Below, piece by piece: positions 21,368 to 30,797 of a DNA stretch of 64,000 nt; within the stretch, counting starts at the first letter, position 1; each line of letters starts with the position of its first letter. This DNA comes from Aureliella sp. (GTDB lineage Bacteria; Planctomycetota; Planctomycetia; Pirellulales; Pirellulaceae). The stretch lies in contig OY829846.1 in the NCBI GenBank assembly GCA_963691875.1, positions 1,888,001 through 1,952,000 of the forward strand, written 5' to 3'. The notes under the pieces are model-generated. The model ran no database searches. It was given only the letters and a program-made list of their open reading frames with translations, and was not told where the DNA came from. The position numbers and the translations under genes are program-made.

Positions 21368-21740
21368 ATGTGGACTTTAAAACTATCGCAGTCCCATCCG
21401 AATGTTTCCTCCATTCTGGTCGTTGACGATGATCGGCATATCCGTAACATCATCAAGAGAATGATCACTTTACACAACATGTAGGCACCACTGCCTCGGA
21501 GTCAGAGCAAGTGAAAGAGCTTTTGGCCTAAGAAACTGCTCATGATATGGTTCTGAGCGATATCCGCACGAAAACACCCACCGAAGGTATCGATTTTCCC
21601 GCTTGCTCTCGAAGGAATATCCTAAAGTTCTGGGCGTTCTAATTTCAGGCTACTACGATGCTGAAGGAGTCGAGGTATTTGAAGTGTTGCGTAAGCCATT
21701 TTCAAGGTCGACCCTTGACGCAGCAATCGGTCTGAAGTGA
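21368..21740 (+). pseudogene. Single-domain response regulator pseudogene
   Basis: SILVVDDDRHIRNII...* (stop at 21482), then shifted frames give HDMVLSDIR...EGID and YPKVLGVLISGY...VLRKPFSRSTLDAAI. Confidence 0.8.
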
Positions 21741-21789
21741 AGCAAATCGGCTGCTCGTGCCCCAATCCTCAATCTAGTCCATTTATCCA

Positions 21790-22932
21790 ATGCGTTTCAT
21801 CTACCTTGATTATGCGGCTTCCACTCCAATCGCGGCAAGTGTTCAAGATGCAATGTCAGCTTTCTACAACGACCACGTTGCGCATCCGAACAGCCAGCAT
21901 TGGGCTGGGCGGGCTGTACAAGAAGCAATTGAAGATGCTCGCAGTCACGTCGCCACTCTACTGAAGTGTCATCCAACAGAGATTCTCTTTACATCTGGTG
22001 GCACCGAAAGCAACAATCTCGCATTGCTGGGATTGGCCCGTTCGCTTCATCCGGATACGTCGACTCTAACACAACCTCCTGAGATCTTGGTTAGCCCGTT
22101 AGAACATGCCTGCGTTTTGGAATGCTGCCGCTTCTTGAGCACTCAAGGCTGGAAAGTGAAAACGGTCGGATGCGACAAATCTGGCGTGATCGATCTTGAT
22201 CAACTGAATGATGCAATTTCAGAAACAACGCGCATCGTGTCAGTCATGCACGCAAGTCATCGCATCGGCACCTTGCAGCCTATTCCGGCTATCGCGGAGA
22301 TTTGCCACTCCAGAGATATCTTCCTGCACACTGACGCTTGCCAATCAGTGGGCAAGACCCCTATTTCTATGGATGAATTGGGCGCGGATTTGCTCTCGCT
22401 TTCTGGCCACAAGATGTACGCCCCCAAAGGAATCGGAGCGCTGTACATAAAGTCAGGCACTCCTGTAGCACCAATGCTGTTTGGAGAAACAGCGGAAAGC
22501 GGTTTGCGACCTGGGACAGCCAACGTCGCCCACATTGTTGCCCTAGGCCAGTCTTGCAAGCTCGCTCACAGCGGTGTCGAGCAATCAGCGATACAGTTGG
22601 CGACCGTGCGTAATCGTTTCCTTGAGCTCCTGCAGAAGGCTCTAGGGAGGGAGATCCAAGTCCATGGCGCTGCCGCCGAACGAGTTACCTCGATCCTCAG
22701 CATTTGCCTGCCGGGGATCAATGCAAACAACCTGCGACGTGCCCTGCCGGAGATATGCTTCAGCATCGAGCAAGATAACCAATGTACATCAAACCAAGAC
22801 TCTCTCTCAGAAATCGGGCTAACACAGGAAGAATCACAGAGCACGCTTCGCTTTTCATTTGGCTGGAACACAAGCGAAGAAGAGCTTCAACAAGCAACTC
22901 AGATGCTCGCGACTGCCTGTGACAATGCCTAA
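21790..22932 (+). CDS. Cysteine desulfurase family (IscS/NifS-like) PLP enzyme, diverged
   Basis: IYLDYAASTP, FTSGGTESNN, HTDACQSVGK, PLP lysine motif LSGHKMYAPKGIG, RPGTANV, LRFSFG. Confidence 0.9.
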   Translation: MRFIYLDYAASTPIAASVQDAMSAFYNDHVAHPNSQHWAGRAVQEAIEDARSHVATLLKCHPTEILFTSGGTESNNLALLGLARSLHPDTSTLTQPPEILVSPLEHACVLECCRFLSTQGWKVKTVGCDKSGVIDLDQLNDAISETTRIVSVMHASHRIGTLQPIPAIAEICHSRDIFLHTDACQSVGKTPISMDELGADLLSLSGHKMYAPKGIGALYIKSGTPVAPMLFGETAESGLRPGTANVAHIVALGQSCKLAHSGVEQSAIQLATVRNRFLELLQKALGREIQVHGAAAERVTSILSICLPGINANNLRRALPEICFSIEQDNQCTSNQDSLSEIGLTQEESQSTLRFSFGWNTSEEELQQATQMLATACDNA

Positions 22933-22953
22933 GCTAACGCCTTGAGCCGAACC

Positions 22954-25533
22954 TTATCGTGAGTTGAGACAGAATTCTTCAATGCCTGATGGTTTTCGTG
23001 TAGCGAGACTCCCGATGTAGCCTACCAACACGCATGTGACAATTCCGATAAAAGTATAGAGATACCCCTGTATCGAAGTAAAACTCCAGACGCACAACAT
23101 AGTTCCGGTACCAGACAATGCGCCCACCCATGCTCCGCAGCTATTGGCTCTTGGAAACAGAATCCCGAGCACGAACAGTCCACCCAGCACGCCCATAAAC
23201 AATCCGATGACGCCGATAAACACATCAAAAAATGATTTGATGTCAGGATTCAATACGAACAAAACTGCGATCAAAGTCCCCGAAATGCCTAGCAACACCG
23301 TCAATACTTGAGCCAACTTTAGCCAACCAAACTGAGAGTCATCCTTGACAAACGGTCGAATGCAATCGGTGATCAAAGTGGTGGCAACCGAATTCATGCT
23401 TGTCGAAACCGTTGATTGTGCTGCAGCGAAAACGGCGGCGACGATTAGCCCAGAAATTCCGATCGGCAACTCTCGTGATATGAACAGAGGGAATATCTGG
23501 TCGGTTGCAATCGACACATCCATTCTCTCTGGGTGAGCTCGATAAAACAGAAACAGAGCAGTTCCGATCCCAAAGAAGAGAAGTGTCGCTGGGATAGCCA
23601 AAATCGCGTTCGTCCATATCGCTTTGGCGGCGAGCGATTTTGTCTTGGTCGTCATGTAGCGTTGAACGACAGCTTGGTCTGCAGTGTAGGAGGAAGTGTT
23701 CTGACCAATTGCGCCAAGAATGACAACCCAGAATGCGAGCTGCACGTCAAAGGGATTCCAATGTCCGTTCAGAATGTTCAACTTACCACTCTCAGCAGCA
23801 ATTCCGAATGAAGTTCCAATGGAATCGCCCGTTCCAAGCAGCATCCAAACCAAAGCTAGGATAGCCCCACCAAGAAGCACGAATGTTTGTAGCGTGTCTG
23901 TCCATATGACAGCTGAGATTCCGCCGAGCGTACAATAAACGATACTGAGCCCACCCATCAAAATTACTGACTGCATCGGAGTCATCGGTGTCGCAACCGC
24001 CAAAGCCAATCCGGTCAGACTCATCACAATCGCCATGCGAAACAGATGAAAGATGGAGAAGCAAATGCTCCCGAAGACGCGTACGCTCCTGTGAAAGCGT
24101 TTTTCTAGGTACTCATAGGCACTCGTCGCATCAATCTTCCTGTAAAAGGGCAGGGCTACTGCGACTGCGACGAAAGCTACAACGGGAATCATAAAATTCC
24201 CCACCGCATAAACCCAGTCTTGCGCGAAAGCTTTACTTGGCACTCCAGTAAAGGTCAGTGAACTAAGCATTGTTGCAAAGATACTGCATCCTGCAGCCCA
24301 CCACGGAATGCTACCGGATGCTCGAAAGTAGTCGTCAGTGTCCTTCGTTCGCCGCGCGAAATATACACCTATCAGAACCAGAGACGCCAAATACATGACG
24401 ACCACAAAATAGTCTAAGCTCCCGAAGCTGCCGCGATTGCTTGGAACTGAGATTTGCCATGTTTTCGGAGTTCTCACCCGCGGCCGAATTTCCCCGGTTG
24501 GCAAAGTCACTTCTCCATCAAAAATGACGGCAGAGGTCGTGACCTGATTCTGCGGACTCTCCCCCATCGAAATCCATCGATCTGTGATGGCGTTGTAGGC
24601 AAAGGTTCGGCGGGGAAATCCTGGATGATCATCTTTCAATTCATCTGTGCGATGAAAGAGCTTACCGTCATCGCCACTAAGCACCAAAATGTTGCTTTGA
24701 CCGAACTTGATTCCGGTTCCCGCCGTTACCGCGTCCGGTAGCGATGCTCTCTCGCGCCATGTGTCTTTCTGTGGATCGTACTCCCAGCAATCGTTGAGGA
24801 ATTGAACTTCATCGCCGTCTTGGTATCTACCGCCAATCACATAGACACAGTCTCGAAAACCATTGTTCTGGGCAATCGTCATATTGAAAGCCCGCGGTGG
24901 CCCGGGCCAGGCTTCAAGTTGCTGCCACTTGGGCTCGGACTGTGACAGATCCAAAGCCAACATGTAGTTCACAGCTGTATCCAGTGTCGCTCCCGTCTGC
25001 CCACCCGCCACGTAAATCGTATTGCCGATTATGCAGGCTTGGCCGTAGGCCAATGGATGCGGGAGTGAGGGCAACGCAGACTGCGCAATTTTCTGAGATT
25101 CAAAATTCCAACTCAGACGAAAACAATCCGAGAAAATCCGCTCCGCATCATTGCCTCCGATGCAAACTACCCCTTCTCTGGTGGAAACATTGGCACCGTA
25201 TCCGACAGGCTGGCTAAGCTTTCCTACGCTTTGCCACTGGTACGAATCACCCTCCTTCGTCATCGCGAAAATGTCGTCGTGCCAAGCTTTTCCGTTCTCC
25301 CATACTGGCTCAGGGAAGTTGGCTCCCCCAGCAACAAGAAGCACTTCTTCGCTTGCTTTCTGCTTTGAGTTCTGCACGCCAACAAAAGGCCCGGCGACGC
25401 CTAGCCGGCTGGGCAGATCTGGAAGAGGCTTCCACTCAAGTTGTTGTTCTTGAGCCTTGGAAGAGCTGCATAGAGTGCCTGAAAAAAAAATTGAGAGGGC
25501 AAGAAAACGCAGGTTGATCCACAACTTATTCAT
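22954..25533 (-). CDS. Kelch-repeat (NanM-like mutarotase) domain fused to a sodium:solute symporter (the track ORF extends to 25668)
   Basis: Signal peptide from the ATG at 25533; Kelch motifs LLVAGGANF, VVCIGG, IYVAGG, VYVIGG, GEIRPRVRTP; SSS motifs DDYFRASGSIPWW, SAYEYLEKRF, AVIWTDTLQ, DQAVVQRY, AAVFAAAQST. Confidence 0.9.
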   Translation of the reverse strand: MNKLWINLRFLALSIFFSGTLCSSSKAQEQQLEWKPLPDLPSRLGVAGPFVGVQNSKQKASEEVLLVAGGANFPEPVWENGKAWHDDIFAMTKEGDSYQWQSVGKLSQPVGYGANVSTREGVVCIGGNDAERIFSDCFRLSWNFESQKIAQSALPSLPHPLAYGQACIIGNTIYVAGGQTGATLDTAVNYMLALDLSQSEPKWQQLEAWPGPPRAFNMTIAQNNGFRDCVYVIGGRYQDGDEVQFLNDCWEYDPQKDTWRERASLPDAVTAGTGIKFGQSNILVLSGDDGKLFHRTDELKDDHPGFPRRTFAYNAITDRWISMGESPQNQVTTSAVIFDGEVTLPTGEIRPRVRTPKTWQISVPSNRGSFGSLDYFVVVMYLASLVLIGVYFARRTKDTDDYFRASGSIPWWAAGCSIFATMLSSLTFTGVPSKAFAQDWVYAVGNFMIPVVAFVAVAVALPFYRKIDATSAYEYLEKRFHRSVRVFGSICFSIFHLFRMAIVMSLTGLALAVATPMTPMQSVILMGGLSIVYCTLGGISAVIWTDTLQTFVLLGGAILALVWMLLGTGDSIGTSFGIAAESGKLNILNGHWNPFDVQLAFWVVILGAIGQNTSSYTADQAVVQRYMTTKTKSLAAKAIWTNAILAIPATLLFFGIGTALFLFYRAHPERMDVSIATDQIFPLFISRELPIGISGLIVAAVFAAAQSTVSTSMNSVATTLITDCIRPFVKDDSQFGWLKLAQVLTVLLGISGTLIAVLFVLNPDIKSFFDVFIGVIGLFMGVLGGLFVLGILFPRANSCGAWVGALSGTGTMLCVWSFTSIQGYLYTFIGIVTCVLVGYIGSLATRKPSGIEEFCLNSR

Positions 25534-25668
25534 GACGGAAGGCAGGGAAAGAGAAATGCAAGAGGACGGTCTAGCGTCCGGAGAGGAATCACATTCTAGA
25601 GTCCTTTCTCCCATCCGTGGGCCTTCTCTGAGTGAAATGAGATCACACAGCGGGGGACAACCGGTCAA

Positions 25669-27576
25669 TCAGTTCGCCACGAAGCGAATGATTCGGGCAG
25701 CTGACTTACCTTGCTCAGCCCTCAGAAGTCGAACTTTGGCGACATGCTCGCCAGCTGCCAGATCTGCCGCAAACATCACAGTGCGAGGATAGTGCAGATT
25801 ACGACTGTGGCGATGCTGAAGCTCAAACTGCTGAGCTGTGCCTTGATCGATTGCAACTTCGAGAACTCCAGCGTCCGGACCAGCCAACAAATACGCACCC
25901 AACGCACTACCCTGAAAGCGAATCTCGAGAGTCGCGCCGGCCTCTTCCGCACAAAGCAGCGGCAACTTAAGAAACTGCTCACGTTTTCCGCCCGATATCT
26001 CTTTCCATTGAGGTATTTTGATCTGCCATCCCTGGATTAGATTTGCTTGATTTTGCGGCAGCATGCGTCCACCAACGTAGCTCGTTCTATCAAGCAAAGC
26101 ATCTGGAACAGGATGAGCCCGAATCTCTGAAGTGCCATCCTGCCAAGCCGTCTCAAGCAGAGAACGAATCATATCCGCACAAGCTCGATTTCCCGCTGGT
26201 TTTGGATGCACACCTCCATAGACTTTCCAACTCATGCTTTCGTCTTCGATTCGCTCTGAAATCTCCTTCGCCAATACGATAGAAGAAACGCCATAGTGCC
26301 GCACAACTCTCTCGTGCGCCGCAATAGACAAAGGCGTCTCGCCTTTTGCGAACGAATCGAGCATTTTTGTATTGACGAAATGGGTTACCACAATGTCCAT
26401 GTTGGGATTACTCGCCAGCGCCTGCCGGAGAATGCCCTCTACCCCCCGAATACAATTCTGAGTCGAGTGTGCAGCGTCTTGGTCATCATTGACAGCAAAT
26501 TCGACAAAGAACAAGTCGATGGGTTCACCATCCAAAACATGCTCTTGCAGCCGAAAAGCACCAGTAGTAGAGCAAGTCGACGAGATTCCCGCGTTGATAA
26601 ATTCGAATTCGGCCTCAGGAAATTGCTTTTGCAGATCAGCAGCAATCATTGAGCGGTATCCGTTCATTTGAGTGATGGAGCCGCCTATAAAGGCAACTCG
26701 TCCCTTCTTCTTGGAAAGAAAGGTGTTGCGTGAGTTGGTGAGAGTCCCCCGCTTGCGAATGTTCGGCTCCATCGCTTTTCGTACGAAGCGTACAATCTTC
26801 CCCGGCTCTTTCAGAGAGTGCGGATGGTGCCCGACGCCCGGCTTGCGAATCACCTCGATGCTTCCGCCAAGCTCGAGGTATTTCTCCGCTAACAAATCGG
26901 TATTTTCTGCGACAGGTACAACCACATCAGCCTCGCCTACCACATGAAGCAACGGAATGCCTTCCTTCGCCAGCTTCCGAAGCTGAGTTGGATCGAGGGG
27001 GCCGACGACGTCGTCTTCGGCTACCCCTGCCGCCGCGTAGGCAGCCAAGCATTGCTTCCATGTCGCTTCACTGCCCTTCCCATTCCACTCACCTTTCGGC
27101 CAGCTTCGGATATCACACACAGGTGCATCCCCATAGATGCAGGCGACCTTCTCTGGATTGGCTGCGGCCCAATTATAGATTATCAACCCGCCACGACTCA
27201 TTCCTTCTAGCGCAACTCTCTCGCTCAAACCAAATCGCTCGGTGGCAACCTTGTAGAAAGCATTCCAATGCTTCACTGCTCTGGGGCATCCGAACAAACC
27301 TGCAACGTCGCAATAGCCCAAATGATAGCCAGCCTTGAGCAAAGCAATGTCGGCTTGTGGTTCGTGCCCGAAGAATCTTGCACGCCAGATCCAAGGACTG
27401 CCCTCCAGCGATTCTTTTGGCTTGATCACCCAGCACTTGCGGCCCTCGACTTGGAAGTCGACTCTCTCATAACCGTTCCAGTGCAACTTGGGCTCCTGCC
27501 CCAAAGTCCCCGACTGCGCAAGACTAAGCAAGAGAAACGCGACTAAGACTTGGCTCCAGACAGCGCAAACATTCAT
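25669..27576 (-). CDS. Secreted two-domain esterase: alpha/beta hydrolase + SGNH/GDSL hydrolase
   Basis: Signal peptide; WIWRARFFGHEPQ, nucleophile elbow GMSRGG, ADVVVP, GHHPH; then FIGGSIT, NAGISST, EFAVND, GGVHP. Confidence 0.88.
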   Translation of the reverse strand: MNVCAVWSQVLVAFLLLSLAQSGTLGQEPKLHWNGYERVDFQVEGRKCWVIKPKESLEGSPWIWRARFFGHEPQADIALLKAGYHLGYCDVAGLFGCPRAVKHWNAFYKVATERFGLSERVALEGMSRGGLIIYNWAAANPEKVACIYGDAPVCDIRSWPKGEWNGKGSEATWKQCLAAYAAAGVAEDDVVGPLDPTQLRKLAKEGIPLLHVVGEADVVVPVAENTDLLAEKYLELGGSIEVIRKPGVGHHPHSLKEPGKIVRFVRKAMEPNIRKRGTLTNSRNTFLSKKKGRVAFIGGSITQMNGYRSMIAADLQKQFPEAEFEFINAGISSTCSTTGAFRLQEHVLDGEPIDLFFVEFAVNDDQDAAHSTQNCIRGVEGILRQALASNPNMDIVVTHFVNTKMLDSFAKGETPLSIAAHERVVRHYGVSSIVLAKEISERIEDESMSWKVYGGVHPKPAGNRACADMIRSLLETAWQDGTSEIRAHPVPDALLDRTSYVGGRMLPQNQANLIQGWQIKIPQWKEISGGKREQFLKLPLLCAEEAGATLEIRFQGSALGAYLLAGPDAGVLEVAIDQGTAQQFELQHRHSRNLHYPRTVMFAADLAAGEHVAKVRLLRAEQGKSAARIIRFVAN

Positions 27577-27964
27577 CTAATTTTGGTCATTCCAAGGTAG
27601 GTGTTCATCGAAGCTAGAGGCTTGCGTTTCAAGCATGCATTATACTGCTATTCGCGCCACAAGCTTCACACGACGCAAATCCTTTACGAAGCAAATCCTA
27701 GTTTTGATTTGAGAAATGAGGGCGCTAGCTGCATTCCAGCATTTCCTTGCTTGTGCACTCCGAAACTAAAACGTCAATCCAAATGCACTGTCGTGTACCA
27801 GCTATGAACTGAAGTTCATGTTTTTTGCGAACTGGAGAGCTTCCTGCGGGATGCAGACAGGTCTTTAGTAGAGGTGTAGTGTTTCTTTCTAACAGCTTCT
27901 GTGTCGCAGCCACAAGAATTTAAAGCATTGATGAACGTTGCAGGCAAAGCCCAGTATGTACTGC

Positions 27965-28700
27965 GGCATCCAGTATATCTTGGTTCCTGGAGGCGAGTTC
28001 CTGATGGGCAGCCCAAGGGATGAAATCCGTCGCAAATCAGCTTACGAGTATCAGCTCAAGGTAACCGTTTCACCCTTTCTAATTGCGAAGTATGAAACGA
28101 TACAAGGTATCTGAAGCGTATGAAGGGCTACAAATTCAATACGATGTTTTAAGGCGAAATGATCCTAACAACCGCTTTGTGGTTCAATGGGCGAGAGTTG
28201 AGTGCAAAACTCAACGCCGATCTCCCGTTCGAGGCTCAGTGGGAATGTGCCTGCCGCGCGGGCGGCACGAATCCTTTCTCCGATACCGGTACGATGAGAG
28301 AATTGGGTTGGAATATTGACTCAGCAGAGAGAAAACTACAATCCTTTGGCCTCAAGCAGCCCAGTGCGTTCGGACTATTTGACATGCACGGCGATGCTCA
28401 AGAATAGGTCTATGATCGCTTCGAAGCAGATTTTACCGCCGTCCTGAGGCAATCGGTTCTGATCCTGTTAATGAACCCGAGATCAAGACACCGGGTAAAT
28501 AGCATCAGCTCGAAAATCGAATCAATCAGATTCCGGACGACCCATACACCAGGAGGAGTTTGCAAACTACTTGGTTGGTAATCGCAGCGGGAACTACGAA
28601 AGCCCCGCTAGCTTCTGTAGTTCTGCGAACCATTTTTTTGGCAGGCCCGTTGTCAACATTACGGGTATCCCTTTCCGACTCATGCCAACGGAAGTACTGA
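27965..28700 (+). pseudogene. FGE-sulfatase (SUMF1/EgtB-like) domain pseudogene
   Basis: GIQYILVPGGEFLMGSP...PFLIAKYETIQGI*, then LPFEAQWECACRAG...QPSAFGLFDMHGDAQE* and a terminal PFRL remnant. Multiple stops and frameshifts; ends are approximate. Confidence 0.82.
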
Positions 28701-28761
28701 AGCTGGTATCGTCAATCGACAAGAGATGAGCGTTCGGGTCTTCCACCTAATGCCGTAGCTG

Positions 28762-30015
28762 CTAGAGAATGAACGCGGCGAGCAACCAATAGATGGCCAT
28801 TGTGATAAGCGCTGCAGCAGGTACAGTGAGTACCCACATCGCAAAAATCTTTAGCAGCACTTTTCCTTTAACTTTCTCTCCATCGCGAAGACCGCTACCT
28901 ACGATTGCTCCCGTCGCAGCATGCGTCGAGCTAACTGGATAGCCCAGCAACGAGGCGATCACAACTGTGCTCGCCGCGGAAAAGTCCACAGAAAACCCAC
29001 GCGTATTGTTGAGTGTCGTGATCTTCTTACTCAGAGTCTCGATAACCCGGTGCCCAAGTAACCCAATACCAACGGCGATACCAATTCCTCCCAGGATGAG
29101 GATCCAAAGAGGCACATGAGCGTCTTGCAGTATTTCTTTTGTAGGAAGACCACTATGTGTAACCACTAGAAAGATTGCGAAGACGGGTGCAATCGAGTTG
29201 GCTACGTCATTGGCTCCGTGGGCAAAGGCAACATAACTCGATGTTCCTACCTGTAGGTTCTTGAAGATCTTTTCAATCGACTCCGAAGTGTCTTTCACAT
29301 TGCCTGTCAAACTTCGCAGCAAGGCTTGCGATACGATCGTTCCATAGGGAATCACGACGCCCAAAAACAACAGGTATTCCCAGAAACTGTCTGGTTTAAG
29401 AGCCTTAAGACTCGAGCCTTTCATGAGGATCAGCGCGAAGAAGCCGACGGTCGTTGCCAACACAAAGGGTAAGAAGTATTGCAGGCGAGCAATCATGCCT
29501 TCCTTGCCGTTCTTCACGATGAATGACTTGATGTAACTCAGCAAACCCGCCGCTAGAACTGCCGCAAGAATCGGAGAAACAAACCAAGAGAGTACGATAT
29601 TGCGGAGCTCCCCCCAATTTACAGCCGACCATCCACCTGCCATAACACTCGCTCCGATTAGGCTGCCAACGATCGAGTGACTGGAGCTCACCGGCATGGA
29701 AAACAATGTCGCAGTGAGCACAAAGACTCCTGCTGCTATCAACACGGCAAACATGGCTAGCATGTACGCCTTGGGATCTCCGAATTGCGCAGGATCAACA
29801 ACTCCGGTAATTAGCTTTGAGGAAACATAGCCGCCCAGCATGACAGCCCCGAGAAGATTCATGATGCCGGCGATAAGAACCGCCTGCTTCATAGAAATTG
29901 CTTTTGCCCCAACAGCTGAGGCAAAAGAGTTGGCCACATCGTTCGCCCCATTGTTGAATGCCATAAAGAAGGCACCGAGGGCAGCCATGATTAACAGGAT
30001 CGTTCCAAATTCCAT
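28762..30015 (-). CDS. pit: PiT family inorganic phosphate (or related anion) transporter
   Basis: Two GANDVANS motifs; PVSSSHSIVG and PVSSTH. Confidence 0.93.
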   Translation of the reverse strand: MEFGTILLIMAALGAFFMAFNNGANDVANSFASAVGAKAISMKQAVLIAGIMNLLGAVMLGGYVSSKLITGVVDPAQFGDPKAYMLAMFAVLIAAGVFVLTATLFSMPVSSSHSIVGSLIGASVMAGGWSAVNWGELRNIVLSWFVSPILAAVLAAGLLSYIKSFIVKNGKEGMIARLQYFLPFVLATTVGFFALILMKGSSLKALKPDSFWEYLLFLGVVIPYGTIVSQALLRSLTGNVKDTSESIEKIFKNLQVGTSSYVAFAHGANDVANSIAPVFAIFLVVTHSGLPTKEILQDAHVPLWILILGGIGIAVGIGLLGHRVIETLSKKITTLNNTRGFSVDFSAASTVVIASLLGYPVSSTHAATGAIVGSGLRDGEKVKGKVLLKIFAMWVLTVPAAALITMAIYWLLAAFIL

Positions 30016-30222
30016 TCTTACCTTTCGTTAGAATCGCAGATCACCAACTTCGCGCGACCTACTAATTTTTACACTCAATTTTTCTCTCACCCGCTATGGC
30101 ATCTTGAATTGGAAGCCGAGGCGCACCAGATAGACTCTTCATCAGATCTTCACAGCAGCGCCCGCGTTGACTTTCGAGGAAGAGAACTCGCGAAATGGGA
30201 AGAACCAAGTGCGCAAAGATTG

Positions 30223-30453
30223 TTACTGCTGCGCTCGGCAAGCAAGTACGGAAGAAAGCGTTGACACGCAGTAGGGCACAACCATGGTTAGCGAGCACTT
30301 CATCGCGCACATGGAATCGAATTGGCCACAATAGATCGAGCTGCCATGATTGATCGCGATGAGTATGGTGCCGACTACGGCTGCAATCATGAGCGATCTA
30401 TGGACAACAGGCCAACTAAATGCGATCGCAATAGAAGAAGAAGAAGAAGTCAT
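30223..30453 (-). CDS. Small membrane protein, NrtS-like
   Basis: RSLMIAAVVGTILIAINHG...LTMVVPYCVST pattern typical of the NrtS family. Confidence 0.75.
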   Translation of the reverse strand: MTSSSSSIAIAFSWPVVHRSLMIAAVVGTILIAINHGSSIYCGQFDSMCAMKCSLTMVVPYCVSTLSSVLACRAQQ

Positions 30454-30594
30454 TCAGGTAATCCAGACTGGCTCGCAAAACTTCGACAATTTGCCCGGTG
30501 TTAGTAGACGAAGAACGGACAGCTACAGTGCCCCTATCTGAACGGGCGAATCAGCATTCCATTCTTGGTCGATTCTTGCTCCGAAAAAAGCACT

Positions 30595-30627
30595 GCAAAC
30601 TTTCGCGGGGCGACAGCAAACTTTCGC
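30595..30627. promoter_or_regulatory. 12-bp perfect direct repeat with 21-bp period (candidate transcription factor site)
   Basis: gcaaactttcgc at 30595 and 30616, upstream of the NrtS-like gene. Confidence 0.4.
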
Positions 30628-30797
30628 CGAGCCAAACTCCACCATTGCTGAAACTCAGATCTGCCCCGCGAGGCACGCTCGTCTATCAGGAACAACGAAC
30701 GCCATTTCAGTACCTTACAAAAATTCTTGCAAGATTTTGAGTTTCGGTGAGATTTCCAGGCGTGAAACCAAGAAACGGCTTTCGCCGGGGGCCAAAC

